From NCBI RefSeq assembly GCF_006345805.1, contig NC_042998.1:60326001-60390000 (forward strand): a DNA stretch of 64,000 nucleotides. Direction: 5' to 3'. Each line of letters opens with the position of its first letter. Position 1 is the stretch's first letter. The translations under genes and the position numbers were made by a program. The DNA is from Octopus sinensis. Taxonomy: Eukaryota. The notes under the pieces are model-generated. The model was not told the DNA's origin, searched no databases, and was given only the letters and a program-made list of their open reading frames with translations. Shown here piece by piece: positions 26,741 to 37,899 of the stretch.

Positions 26741-27016
26741 TATGCCAATATGCTGATAACAGACTTTTAAATCGTCAATTTCCACATATTATTATATACC
26801 CACTACAAGGGAATATCCAGCTTGTCTTCAAGCAAAGAGATCTTTGATGCTGCCGCCTCGTACTACAACCGGGCTCTGGCAGCTAGCAGTTTCATGGATA
26901 GTATTAGTTACATGCCAGACCCTAGCCCCACCAAAAGAAAGCGAATTTCTGTAGTGGGTATATAATAATATGTGGAAATTGACGATTTAAAAGTCTATTA
27001 TCAGCATATTGGCATA
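26741..27016. mobile_element. 67-bp inverted repeat enclosing an about 140-bp Penelope RT-thumb fragment
   Basis: Arms 26741-26807 and 26950-27016. The insert 26806-26943 differs from 22299-22436 at about 6 positions, counted by eye. Confidence 0.88.
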
Positions 27017-27048
27017 TAAATCATTTTCTTTTACCCTTCTTTATAAGT

Positions 27049-27092
<44 letters not shown>

Positions 27093-27138
27093 CGTGTGTG
27101 CGTGTGTATGTGTATATATGTATATGCATCTATGTATG

Positions 27139-27221
<83 letters not shown>

Positions 27222-27244
27222 TATATTATATATATATATAGCTA

Positions 27245-27650
27245 TAATAAATCTCAGAGCGAGATGTAAACTCTAGCAATACAGAATCGTAGCATATAAT
27301 TGCCAACAAAGTGTGACTTCCTATACTGGACAGTACTACTGATGTTTATAGCCCCAGGAATACATCTTTTCCAACTGGCTAATGACCCATATTCTGTGTC
27401 CGATTAGTATTTGCGAGGAGAGGTAATCACATGATACATACGGACTCGAATTTCTAGGCGCTTACCCGTCCTCAGTGTGTGTTAGTCACCAAGGCTAAGG
27501 ATGAAAGTGATAACCTCTCCTCGCAAATAGTAATCGGACACAGAATGTGTGTCGTTATTCAGCTGGAAGAAATGTCTTCCCGAGGCTATAAACGTCAGTA
27601 GCACTGTCCCGTATAGCATGCCAGACTTGGTGGGCAATTATGTTACGATA
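27245..27650. mobile_element. Foldback PLE-terminal-repeat element (about 145-bp arms, tail on left arm, degenerate HHR in spacer)
   Basis: Arms about 27287-27430 and 27507-27649, homologous to 38937-39450. Minus 27436-27482: acacaca CUGAGGA ... GAAAU ucgagu C. Confidence 0.82.
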
Positions 27651-28038
27651 TATATATCAAAAGGAGAAATGAAGAGTTTTAACTGATAAACTTCAATTTA
27701 TTAAAATACTGTTAAAATTCTCTGTATTCATACTCAACTCATTGTTTTCATACGCAATTGTTTGCATACTCAACTTATTCAATTACAAACTAATAAATTA
27801 AAAATTGCATCTTGAAAACTGTGAGTTGAATACTTCCTCAGGGTGAGAATTAGGCACAAAAAGAAATTACATCTTAATCGATCGGGTGATCATCAACAGA
27901 ATCAACATATTAATATTGGTATATATATATATATATAATTAATCAATATAGGGTGGCAAAAAAATTTTGTAGAATTTTTTTGCCACCAGCGGCCTAGTGG
28001 GAAAAAATTAAATAGTCATAGACCATTTTTAAGTTCAA

Positions 28039-28462
28039 CATCACAATCAAGGAACGGCCATAATAGGCCATTCACCCACTAGAAATAACAGCCAAAAGCT
28101 TTAACCGCAAAATAACATCAATTCCGTAAACCAGGAGAAAATTTACGATGCACCGTTTCGTCTACTGTTTAATGGTAAACTAACCTGATTAAATTAAATC
28201 AAGCCAATCTACCATAGGCCCTTAGATTCATCAGTAAGAAATATCTGTTCCGACTTGGCTATTTCTTACTGATGAATCTAAGGGCCTATGGTAGATTGGC
28301 TTGATTTAATTTAATCAGGTTAGTTTACCATTAAACAGTAGACGAAACGGTGCATCGTAAATTTTCTCTGGTTTACGGAATTGATGTTATTTTGCGGTTA
28401 AAGCTTTTGGCTGTTATTTCTAGTGGGTGAATGGCCTATTATGGCCGTTCCTTGATTGTGAT

Positions 28463-28463
<1 letters not shown>
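28039..28463. repeat. Near-perfect foldback element (205-bp arms, 16-nt loop) with an HHR-like core in each arm
   Basis: 28039-28243 against 28260-28463 with one indel seen. Plus 28269-28359: CUGAUGA atcta...tagac GAAAC ggtgcatc GUA; helix I does not pair. Confidence 0.92.
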
Positions 28464-28510
<47 letters not shown>

Positions 28511-29136
28511 ATACACTGCTTTATTTTGATATTGCTAGTGTTAAGAATACCCACAAATAAACTACAGGCTGGAGTTGTAGTGCTCCAAGTGAGCTATATT
28601 CCACTTAATAATCTCAATGGAGGCAATGCAAGAGGAAACTAGAGGAATATAATTAATGACCACATTTAAAATCAAATATATCTATATATTCTTCTACATG
28701 TATAAAACGGATATAAAAATTCCAAATATATAGATATAAAAATACATATAAATAAATTTTGATGTGATACATAAAACACAGTGAATTTTAGATTTAAAAG
28801 TTACAATACATTGGTGTAATAAAAATTTGAGATGATAAAACATTAAAAAGACGTACTAAAATACCGAGGAAATAATACAAAAATTTAAAAATTCCAACTA
28901 AGGGCCGTTTCAGAGACGTGCCAAGTAATATGATATATTTTTCATACTGACACTCGCCTCATCAGGATGTTTTCACACAATACAGAAAAAAACAAATACA
29001 GAAATACAAGTATACGACTACATGCCATATATGCTAATTGTATATGCTAATACAATTATAAAACTACATACCATATATGCTACTTAGGTAATATTACATA
29101 ACTATAAAGGTTAATAAACGCAATGTCTAAATCTTT

Positions 29137-29179
<43 letters not shown>
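29137..29179. repeat. (GGCT)n microsatellite inside a 50-bp inverted repeat (28976-29227)
   Basis: cacaatacagaaaaaaacaaatacagaaataca (28976) against tgtatttctgtatttgttttttctgtattgtg (to 29227). Confidence 0.8.
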
Positions 29180-29279
29180 TATGTAGTTGTATAAGTGTAT
29201 TTCTGTATTTGTTTTTTCTGTATTGTGCGATACGTAGTAGGGACCCGGGTTCGAGGTTGAGCGACGGCAGGTTTCGTAA

Positions 29280-29314
<35 letters not shown>

Positions 29315-29318
<4 letters not shown>

Positions 29319-29819
29319 GGTGTAAGTACATAAATGTGAAACAAGGTGGAAAAAGAGTACTCGAATACCAAAGGTAGAGTAATATGCTTTATTTAAAAGC
29401 AGCAGAAATATAACAACAGCTGCTACTCAGAGTTTCACGTTTCCGTTCGTCGGACAGTTTTTTTTTAAATAGAACAGAAATAACGATAAAATCAAAACTA
29501 GTTAAAGGATACACCTTTAAAAATAGATTTGTTTCATTGATCCTTTCAAATAACGGTCTTAAGCATACGATAAACAAAATAAACAAAATAAATTAATTCA
29601 ATATAAATTCATCGTATTACATAAAAAAGTTGTTTATCGCATGCATAAGACCGTTATTTGAAAGGACCAATGACACAAATCCATTTTTAAAGGTGTGTCC
29701 TTTAACTAGTCTTGATCATATCGTTATTTCTGTTCTATTTTAACAAAACTGCCCGACGAACGGGAACGTGAAACTCTGAGTAACAGCTTTTTTTATATTG
29801 CTGCTGCTTTTAAATAAAG

Positions 29820-29824
<5 letters not shown>
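29315..29824. mobile_element. Foldback element (about 195-bp arms, tail on left) with a minimal HHR in each arm
   Basis: Arms 29382-29577 and 29630-29824. Minus 29420-29457: ctgt CCGACGA acg-gaaa-cgt GAAAC tctga GUA gcag. Mirror copy at 29749-29786. Confidence 0.85.
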
Positions 29825-29890
<66 letters not shown>

Positions 29891-30995
29891 ACAGAGAGAG
29901 AGAGAGAGAAAGAGAGAGGGGGCATGAAGAGAGAGAGATTAGACTGATGGGTAGACAGAAAGACAGACAAACAGACAAACAGATTGATAGATAGATACAG
30001 ACAGCTCTTGTACCCTCATTGGTACCTCTCATCGTAGGTGCATGAAGCTTTGTACCTGAACATTTACACAAACTCTAGAATAGGTTTTTCTTCAAATCCA
30101 ATCAATTAGTGGCGCAGTGGAGATTTGTAAGACATTCCAAAAATCCTCCATCTGAGATTCTTCAGAAGAATAAATACACACACTTTGGTGTGTCCATTGA
30201 CAGCTCAACCAACACAGCAACTCAACCACATATTTACAAACACCTGGAACTGTCTTAACTCAAAACGTTTTGTCGTTTTGTTAGCATCCGGCTTGAACTC
30301 TCTTAAGAACTTAAATCAAACACACGCACACACATTCACATACATACATATATATGCATGCATACATACAACAAACATACATACATACATACATACATAC
30401 ATACATACATACATACATACATACATACATACATGCATGCATGCATGCATGCATACATACATACATACAATTCATAAACTATAAATTGCCGCGATATCTG
30501 GAACCTTTAACATTTGTAACACGTTCTTACGATTCAAAGCAAGAGCGCTTACACACGAGACGATTATAATTTCTTCTTCTTTATAACATTGCCACTGGGA
30601 AGGTGTCCGCTCAAAAATAAATTATAAATTAGAGAGAGAAAGAAAATATGCATACATAATACATATATAGATGTATCAAAACAGAAAACTGGAAAAAAAA
30701 TTTGGCATATTTTTAATTCCATTTCATACGATAGGAGTTACAAAGTTGTACATGTAGAAAAATATGCATAGGATCTGCTATTTGTAATTCTTCAGACAAA
30801 GATTCGAGCAGAATATCAATAATGACACACGTCTAACAGGGAATTAAAAATATACGAAATTTTTCCAGTTCTTTTGTTTTGATATGTAATTAATCCGCAA
30901 ATAGAATTCACCAGAAATTTTCAAATACTATGTATAACACATTCAAAATAAAACAGACACGCACGCACACGCACACACATATATCATTATTATTG

Positions 30996-31540
30996 TTGAG
31001 TGAGAGAGCAATGCATTCCATCAAAGTGACACTGGAGTAAAATATACGAAGCCCAGTATACCCATCGTGAATACCCATCTGATAAGGGTACACCAGGCAC
31101 ATGCATCACAACCATATGTGCGCGACATAGTAATCTCATATCAAGATAAACAGCACATGACCTTGCAGGTGGGGCCCAGTTAGAACTTTCTTATGGTCGA
31201 GTAACCCATCTCGCTCAAAAGGTCCCTGAATAAGGATTGTTTAAGGATGTTGAACGAAACACCCATGTTTCCAGAGGTTAATTATCCAAACCTCTAAGAA
31301 TCCCTCTCAGCACATGGCTATGATGCTCCCCCACTACTTCTGCTCGTGATCAGAGATGCACATATCGTCAGCCACTAAGGGACATGGTCAACTAGTTAAG
31401 GTCAAACAACAGACAAGCAAATCTGTGGTATTGAGCAGAATATTTGCTGTAGCCCATCTTTTATACCAAGACAAAACAATGTACATGATAACACGTCCAA
31501 TCAGTTAAGATCAGGAGCCATGAGAGTCACTGTCTGGTAC
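30996..31540 (-). mobile_element. About 545-bp non-coding interspersed retro-type repeat with (AAT)n tail, copy 1
   Basis: Aligns end to end with 31640-32180 and is bounded by (ATT)n on the plus strand. Confidence 0.8.
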
Positions 31541-31582
31541 TTATTATTATTATTATCGTTGTTGTTGTTGTTATTATTATTA

Positions 31583-31639
<57 letters not shown>

Positions 31640-31641
<2 letters not shown>

Positions 31642-32180
31642 GAGTGAGAGAGCAGCGTGTGCCATGAAAGTGACATAGGGTAAAATATACGAAGCCCAGT
31701 ATATCCATCATTACTACCTGTCAGATAAGGGTACACTAGGCACATGCATCACAACCATATGTGCGCGATATGGTGATCTCATATCAAAGTAAACAGCACA
31801 TGACCTTGCAGGTGGGGCCCCGTTAGAATTATCTTTAGGTCGAGTAGCCCATCTCGCCTAAATGATCCTTGAATAAGGGTTGTTTAAGGATGTTGAACAA
31901 AATACCAATGTCTCCATATGTGAATTATTCAAACACCAGAGAATTCCTCTCAACACATGGATATGGTGCTCCTCCACTACTTCTGCTCGTTATCAGAGAT
32001 GCACATATCGTCAGCCACCAAATGACATGCCCAACTGGTTATGGTCAAACAACTGACGAGCAAATCTGATATTGAGTAGAATATTTGCTGTAGCCCATTT
32101 TTTATACCAAGACAAAACATGTACATGATAACACTTCCAATTAGTTAAGATCAGAAACCATGAAAGCCACTGCCTGCTAC
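31640..32180 (-). mobile_element. Same repeat, copy 2, directly adjacent
   Basis: gagtgagagagcag...gccatgaaagccactgcctg, with many substitutions relative to copy 1. Confidence 0.8.
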
Positions 32181-32220
32181 AGCATTATTATTATTAGTAT
32201 TGTTATTATTATTATTATTA

Positions 32221-32395
32221 AGGCAGCGAGCTGGCAGAATCGTTAGCGCGCTGGACGAAATGCTAAGCGGTATTTCGCCCGTCGTTATGATGAGTTCAAT
32301 TTTCGCAGAGGTCGACTTTACCTATCATCCTTTCGGGATCGATACAATAAGTACCAGTTAAACACTGGGGTCGATATACTTAACTCACCCCGTCC
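32221..32395 (+). mobile_element. SINE with Deu/Nin-like core (third family)
   Basis: ggcagcgagctggcagaatcgttagc...gaggtcgactttacctatcatcctttcgggatcgata..aagtaccag. Homologous to 53965-54177 and 59538-59762. Confidence 0.75.
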
Positions 32396-32409
32396 CCCAA
32401 AATGGGGTC

Positions 32410-33900
32410 CCAATAATCGAGATCAGTCATGCCTTCAATTCGTTAAGTGAGTGCCCTCTGGAATGATTCAATCCTCGAGATGTTTTGTTTTGTATAGAAA
32501 AACCACAAGGGGCAGCGGTATTCGAGGTGTGACCTACAAAGGAGGAGAAAAGTGGAATGATGACACCTTGATCTCTGGATCGAAAGGTTCTTAAGATCCA
32601 GGGGCTCATCTTACGAGCTATATCGACCCTATTGTTGATGTGGTCACTCCAACTCAGATTGATATCTACAATTACACACAGGTCTCTGATATTATTAGAT
32701 GCCGTGAGCGGTTCCCCTGAAGGAAGAGAGTATGGCTGTTTTAGTATGACTTTCTTCCAAAATGCATCAGCTCAAATTTTCCCTCGTTCAGTTGCATTTT
32801 GTTTTTGTCTGCCCATTGACTCACAGCATATAGATCAGACTGGAGGTTGGTCAGAGGGACTGCAAGTTGGTGTCTACATTCCTTCAGGAGACTAGCGGGG
32901 AATCTATCAGAGCCTACAGCAGAATAGTATTTGACCGCATTTATTGCTACTATGATGTCAGAGGCAGTGAAGGTTATGTCCGGGATTTTATGTTGGGAAT
33001 CAATTTCGCTTCTCTTACGTCAATATCAGTGGGATCACTAAAGACAGAGCAGTATTTCTGCCATTTGTTTAGCATCGTGTTGGGGAATGCCGTTATCATC
33101 GATCAATGGCCCAATGGGTGAGACAGCGGTTCTATGCTTATTTGCATAAGAATACAACACTTTTGGGTTCTGTTTGATGTTTTTGATTACCAACTGTTCC
33201 TCCGCAGCTCTTTGATTTTCTATGGCAGTTTTCATGTCGGACTGCAGATGAAGTTTTTCCAACTCCAGCCTTTTCATTGTTGTTGAATGTGGATGTTGTA
33301 TGTGGGAGTATTTTAATTGGTTGATTTTTTTATTGAGTCTTTTGATGCGCCTGATGAGTGGTTCTTTTTTTCTTTTTAGGGAGCCGGTTTCTGTTTGTGT
33401 TAGTGGATTTCGTAGGAGCGTGTTTTGAGTATGTATAGGTGACAATGTTCTCAAAGTCAGTGGAACTGAGCGAGAAAGACTAGTCGATGAAGGACAGATC
33501 CTTTCTGATTGCTCCCCAGTCCGCTTTGTGGAAGTTTGTGTTGTCAAATGAGTACCATGGAGTGGGATTCGCTGGTTTGATTTTTATATTGCAGAGTATC
33601 ATGTCGTGGTCTGAGAGGAGAGTTTTTTCAACTGAAATACTGTGAACGGAGCTAGAGTGGTTGGTTAATATTAGATCCAAGATCGTTTTATTATGTCTTG
33701 TTGGTTCAAGCACTTGCTGAGTCAGAAAGAATTTATCATTTGGATTAAAGAGTAATTCTGCTGCTGCTTTATCTGATGTAGAGCATTTGCCTAACTTCAG
33801 AGTATTTGTGGGCCAGTTTATATGAGGGAAGTTAAAATCACCCATCATTAGTATGTTTCCGGAGTTGTATTTTTGAAGGAAGAACATGATTTTGTTGAGG
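32410..33900 (-). mobile_element. Decayed CR1-type LINE (APE, linker, C-terminal piece; most of RT missing)
   Basis: ILMMGDFNFPHINW, LTQQVLEPTRHNKTILDLILTN, LSDHDMI, NIKQNPKVLYSYANK, WILRTFRSRDQGVIIPLFSSFV. Confidence 0.85.
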
Positions 33901-33904
33901 CACC

Positions 33905-34068
33905 GACGGACCTCTTTCACTTTCTGTCTACCAAATCCACTCACAATGTTTTGGTCGGCCCGAGTCTATAGTAGAAGACACTTGCACAATGTACCACGCA
34001 GTGGGACTGAACCGGGAACCATGTGGTTGGGAAGCAAGCTTCTTACCACACAGCCTCGCCTGCGCCTA
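33905..34068 (-). mobile_element. Octopod SINE head
   Basis: Reverse complement of ggcgcaggcgaggctgtgtggtaagaagcttgcttcccaaccacatggttcc. Confidence 0.85.
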
Positions 34069-34213
34069 TATACTTTTGTACAGGATCTTTTGTTGGTATT
34101 TCATCAGTGACTGACTGCGAACTCTCTTTAACCGCTCACAAAGCTGTTTATTAATTCACTACTACGAATGTGTTAAGAAAACTAAATAAAGCAATTTACG
34201 CACACTCACACAT

Positions 34214-34258
<45 letters not shown>

Positions 34259-34599
34259 ACACACACACACACGCATACACACGTGCATTTGTAAGCTAAA
34301 GAAGTTCATACGATAATTATATATTGTCATCTCAAATTTTCCAGATAGATTGATACATACATACATACATACATACATACATACATACATACATACATAC
34401 ATACATACATACATACATACACCACCACGCACACAACATATTCTTGGCAGCTAGATTGATTAATGGATTCCTGCTGCGTTAACAGTGCTTTAGTTATAAT
34501 GTTATTTTGTACTTCGCAATGTATCAACAGACTTTTCTGCCAACACTGTAGGTATAGACAGATGTAAAACGATATCTCGTAATATACAAAATTTCTACA

Positions 34600-34802
<203 letters not shown>

Positions 34803-35739
34803 GATAGCTAAGCGTGGTGTATATCTGTAACTATGTAGGTCTATTTCATATGTAGACTTAGATGACACTTTTTCCTTTGTTAAATAATTTCCCTTAACAA
34901 GTGTAACTTATGCCATCGCTGGTGATCGATTCTTTGAAGTAAATTTAATTTAATGAACTAAAAATTATAATTTTCTTAAACATTGTAAATAATAAATCAA
35001 CTATTTCATATTCGGTATTTGTGCCCCGTTTTTTTTTCTCTTTCCGCTTGTATTTATTTTTTAATCTTTTTAAATGAGATATTTCCCCATAGTAAGGAAA
35101 GCATTGATTAAAAGATTTCAACCCCAATGGGAAATCAGAAAATAGTCGAAATATTAGACCTACAGGCGGTGTACCAGTATGGCTTTAGCATGATAACTAA
35201 AACATACTAGAGAACTAATAAAAATAAGAACACAAGGAAAATTTACTTTATAAAATTTGATTGAAATGTATCTCCCTTTAGACAGTGTCTGTATAGATGT
35301 ATAAAATATTATATCAAATAAATATAGTCTTAAAAGGAATGAAAATTCATATCATAAGTGGGCGTAGACATGGCCGTAGGTTTAAGAGTTTCTCTTTGCA
35401 ACTGCTTGGCTTCTGGTTCGATTCCGCAACACGGCACCTGCGGTGCGTGTTTCCTATTCTAATCACTGATCCACCAACGTCATGTGAGTGAAGTCTGGTC
35501 GAAGGATATTGTGCATTAATTAATGTATCCTTTCTTTATGTTAGACAAGTAAAGTATCGTTCAAGGGATTTGAGGTTGTTACTTGCAGGCAGGAAAACGA
35601 ACGTGTACAGGGTTCCTAATGTTCGATTCTACACAAGCAAGCGTCTTCTACAATAGTCTTCAATTGACCAATAGTTTGCGAATGGAATTTGGTGCACAGA
35701 AATAAAAGCTCCTCTGGTGTTTGCCAGCGGGTTTTGTAC

Positions 35740-35807
<68 letters not shown>

Positions 35808-35957
35808 CTTGGAGACACACGTGGAAGGCGAGGGAAGCTAAGCGGTTCTCAATCATATTTTGAATCTAGCGTTACTAACATCGAATGCGAACGGCTAAAC
35901 ACCGTTATATGAAATAATTCGTTCAAATGTTCTAGTACCTCCGGATTATAACAGAAA

Positions 35958-36046
35958 ATCCATACTGATGAATAATATGGTTAGTAAAGTATATTTTGTT
36001 ATGTTCTTTATGCAAAAACCTAATTCAGAAACGCGCGTCTATGGAT
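35958..36046 (+). ncRNA. Type-I hammerhead motif with intact core and weak helix II
   Basis: atccata CUGAUGA ...aacctaattca GAAAC gcgc GUC tatggat. Helix I is a perfect 7 bp and helix III is palindromic ACGCGCGU. Confidence 0.72.
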
Positions 36047-36222
36047 GATCGGATATTGATTGATTTTCTTTGCTTTACTCTCCGCCTGTGTGATTAAACT
36101 TCAAGTATTTTGGGTTCTCTGGAAGACCCTTTTTTAAAGTAGAAGAAATGGCTAAGATTTTGGCTGCTATTTCTGAACTTCGGTATGTGGTGAGGCAATT
36201 CTTTTGCTGAACCCTTTTATTA

Positions 36223-36288
<66 letters not shown>

Positions 36289-36296
36289 ATTATTAT

Positions 36297-36695
36297 TATT
36301 AGTGAATTGAAGAAATGGAGTTGAACGAAGATTGAAAGTCACAAAGAACCGAAAGTCACAAAGAACATCTACGCACCCCGTGCCCTCACCCACCGGAATG
36401 ACCGCTGCCTGACCCGTTAAAACCTTCAACGCACCCACCACCCGTTTTCAACATACACTGATAAACAGTTTGGCCATGGGCTCTTAGGAGCCTCGTTCGA
36501 TTTGTTTTGCTCCGCCTCTGTTCTGTTTTTGTTTTTTCCAACGGATTTCCTATTTCTTCCTGAAGAGAAAGACACAATATGGTCTCATTATTCAATCGGA
36601 TTTTGGTAAATTGTGCCTTTCGAAACACGTGTAGAATGAAATAAAACGATTTCTGTTCAATCTTCGTTCAACTCCATTTCTTCAATTCACTAATA
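36297..36695 (+). mobile_element. 400-bp HHR-bearing element with 40-bp terminal inverted repeats
   Basis: tattagtgaattgaagaaatggagttgaacgaagattgaa / ttcaatcttcgttcaactccatttcttcaattcactaata. Confidence 0.8.
36553..36641 (+). ncRNA. Apparently intact type-I hammerhead ribozyme
   Basis: tttcttc CUGAAGA gaaagacacaat...attgtgcctttc GAAAC acgtgt A gaa(t)gaaa. Helix II pairs 11 of 12, closing pair G-C, all core nucleotides canonical. Confidence 0.85.
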
Positions 36696-36861
36696 ATATT
36701 AATATTCAATTATCCGCACCAACGCACGGTTGCAACATCATATGGTTGTACCTCTAACCGTGCTGTCTTCTGCTGTGATTTTTGCTACCAAGGTATCGGT
36801 TAAACTTTTGATTAATCTGCAACAAGATTATTCATCTTTCTATTTCACATATATATATATA

Positions 36862-37110
36862 TACGAGGAGGCGTGTGGCTTAGTAGTTACGGTGTCAGCA
36901 TCGTGATCGTAAGATTGTGGTTTCGATTCCTAGACCGGGCGACGCGTTGTGTTCTTGAGCAAACACTTCATTTCCCGTTGTTCCAGTTCACTCAGCTGGC
37001 AAAAATGAGTAACGCTGCGATGAACTAGCGTCCCATCTGGCTGGGGAACATATACGCCATTGAAACCGGGAAAGCGGGCCCATGACCCAGGCTAGGCTTT
37101 AAAAGGACGC
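36862..37110 (+). mobile_element. tRNA-derived SINE with CORE-type (V/Meta-like) central domain
   Basis: A box tggcttagtagtt and B box ggtttcgattcc, then gtgttcttgagcaaacactt..cactcagctgg..aaatgagta..gcgatgaactagcgtcccatc. Confidence 0.7.
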
Positions 37111-37111
37111 A

Positions 37112-37154
<43 letters not shown>

Positions 37155-37471
37155 TCGTAAAGATGTACAAGTGTAGTATGATGTGTGTATGGGGGAAGGA
37201 GTATCAGCTTTTATTTTTTTCGGGTTTTCGTTGAACTGCGGCAATGCTGGGGCACAACCTTGATGAGGTTAGTCGAGCAATCGAGCCTAGTCTTGCATTT
37301 ATTCTGTCAGTCTCTTGCTGAACCTCGGTGTTACTAGTGGTCAAGCGGTGGGGCGGGGAACAAACATAAAGGCACGTACACACACACATGCGCACGTACA
37401 CATGCACATACACACACAGGCACAAACACAAATACAGACACATAAACACAACCACACTCATACATATATAC

Positions 37472-37502
<31 letters not shown>

Positions 37503-37899
37503 TGTATGTATGTATGTACGTACGTACTTACGTATGTAGGTATAGAATATTCAAAGTAGTGTACAGATGCTGTATATTGAGAAAAAGGAGGCAATCAGAA
37601 ATTTGGATAATTTTTTATTAGTGTTTTCCAGAGTTTCTTTATTAGCGCTTTCCAAGAGTTTCATACGTTGGCACTTTCATAAGTGCCAACGCACAAAACT
37701 CTCAGACCTTGAGTCATTCTGTTGCTTCAGCTATACATTAATAAAAAATATACATATACTTAGATTTTGAGTTCTATTTTTCCTGCTTGCATCAACATAT
37801 ATATGGATATATATATATAGTTCAGTTATTGGACTTTCAGTCAATAGATTTGTGGGTATTCCATTTCAGATAATGCAAAAAGAATATAACGAGTATTTA

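Noticed and set aside
28895-28970. Minus-strand CUGAUGA...GAAAC motif
   Set aside because: Helices I and III do not pair; too degenerate to call.
30244-30594. Two further minus-strand exon-like segments (30553-30594 WQCYKEEEIIIVSC; 30244-30301 EFKPDANKTTKRFELRQFQ)
   Set aside because: Very short, with moderate splice signals and no independent support. Such matches arise by chance in AT-rich DNA.
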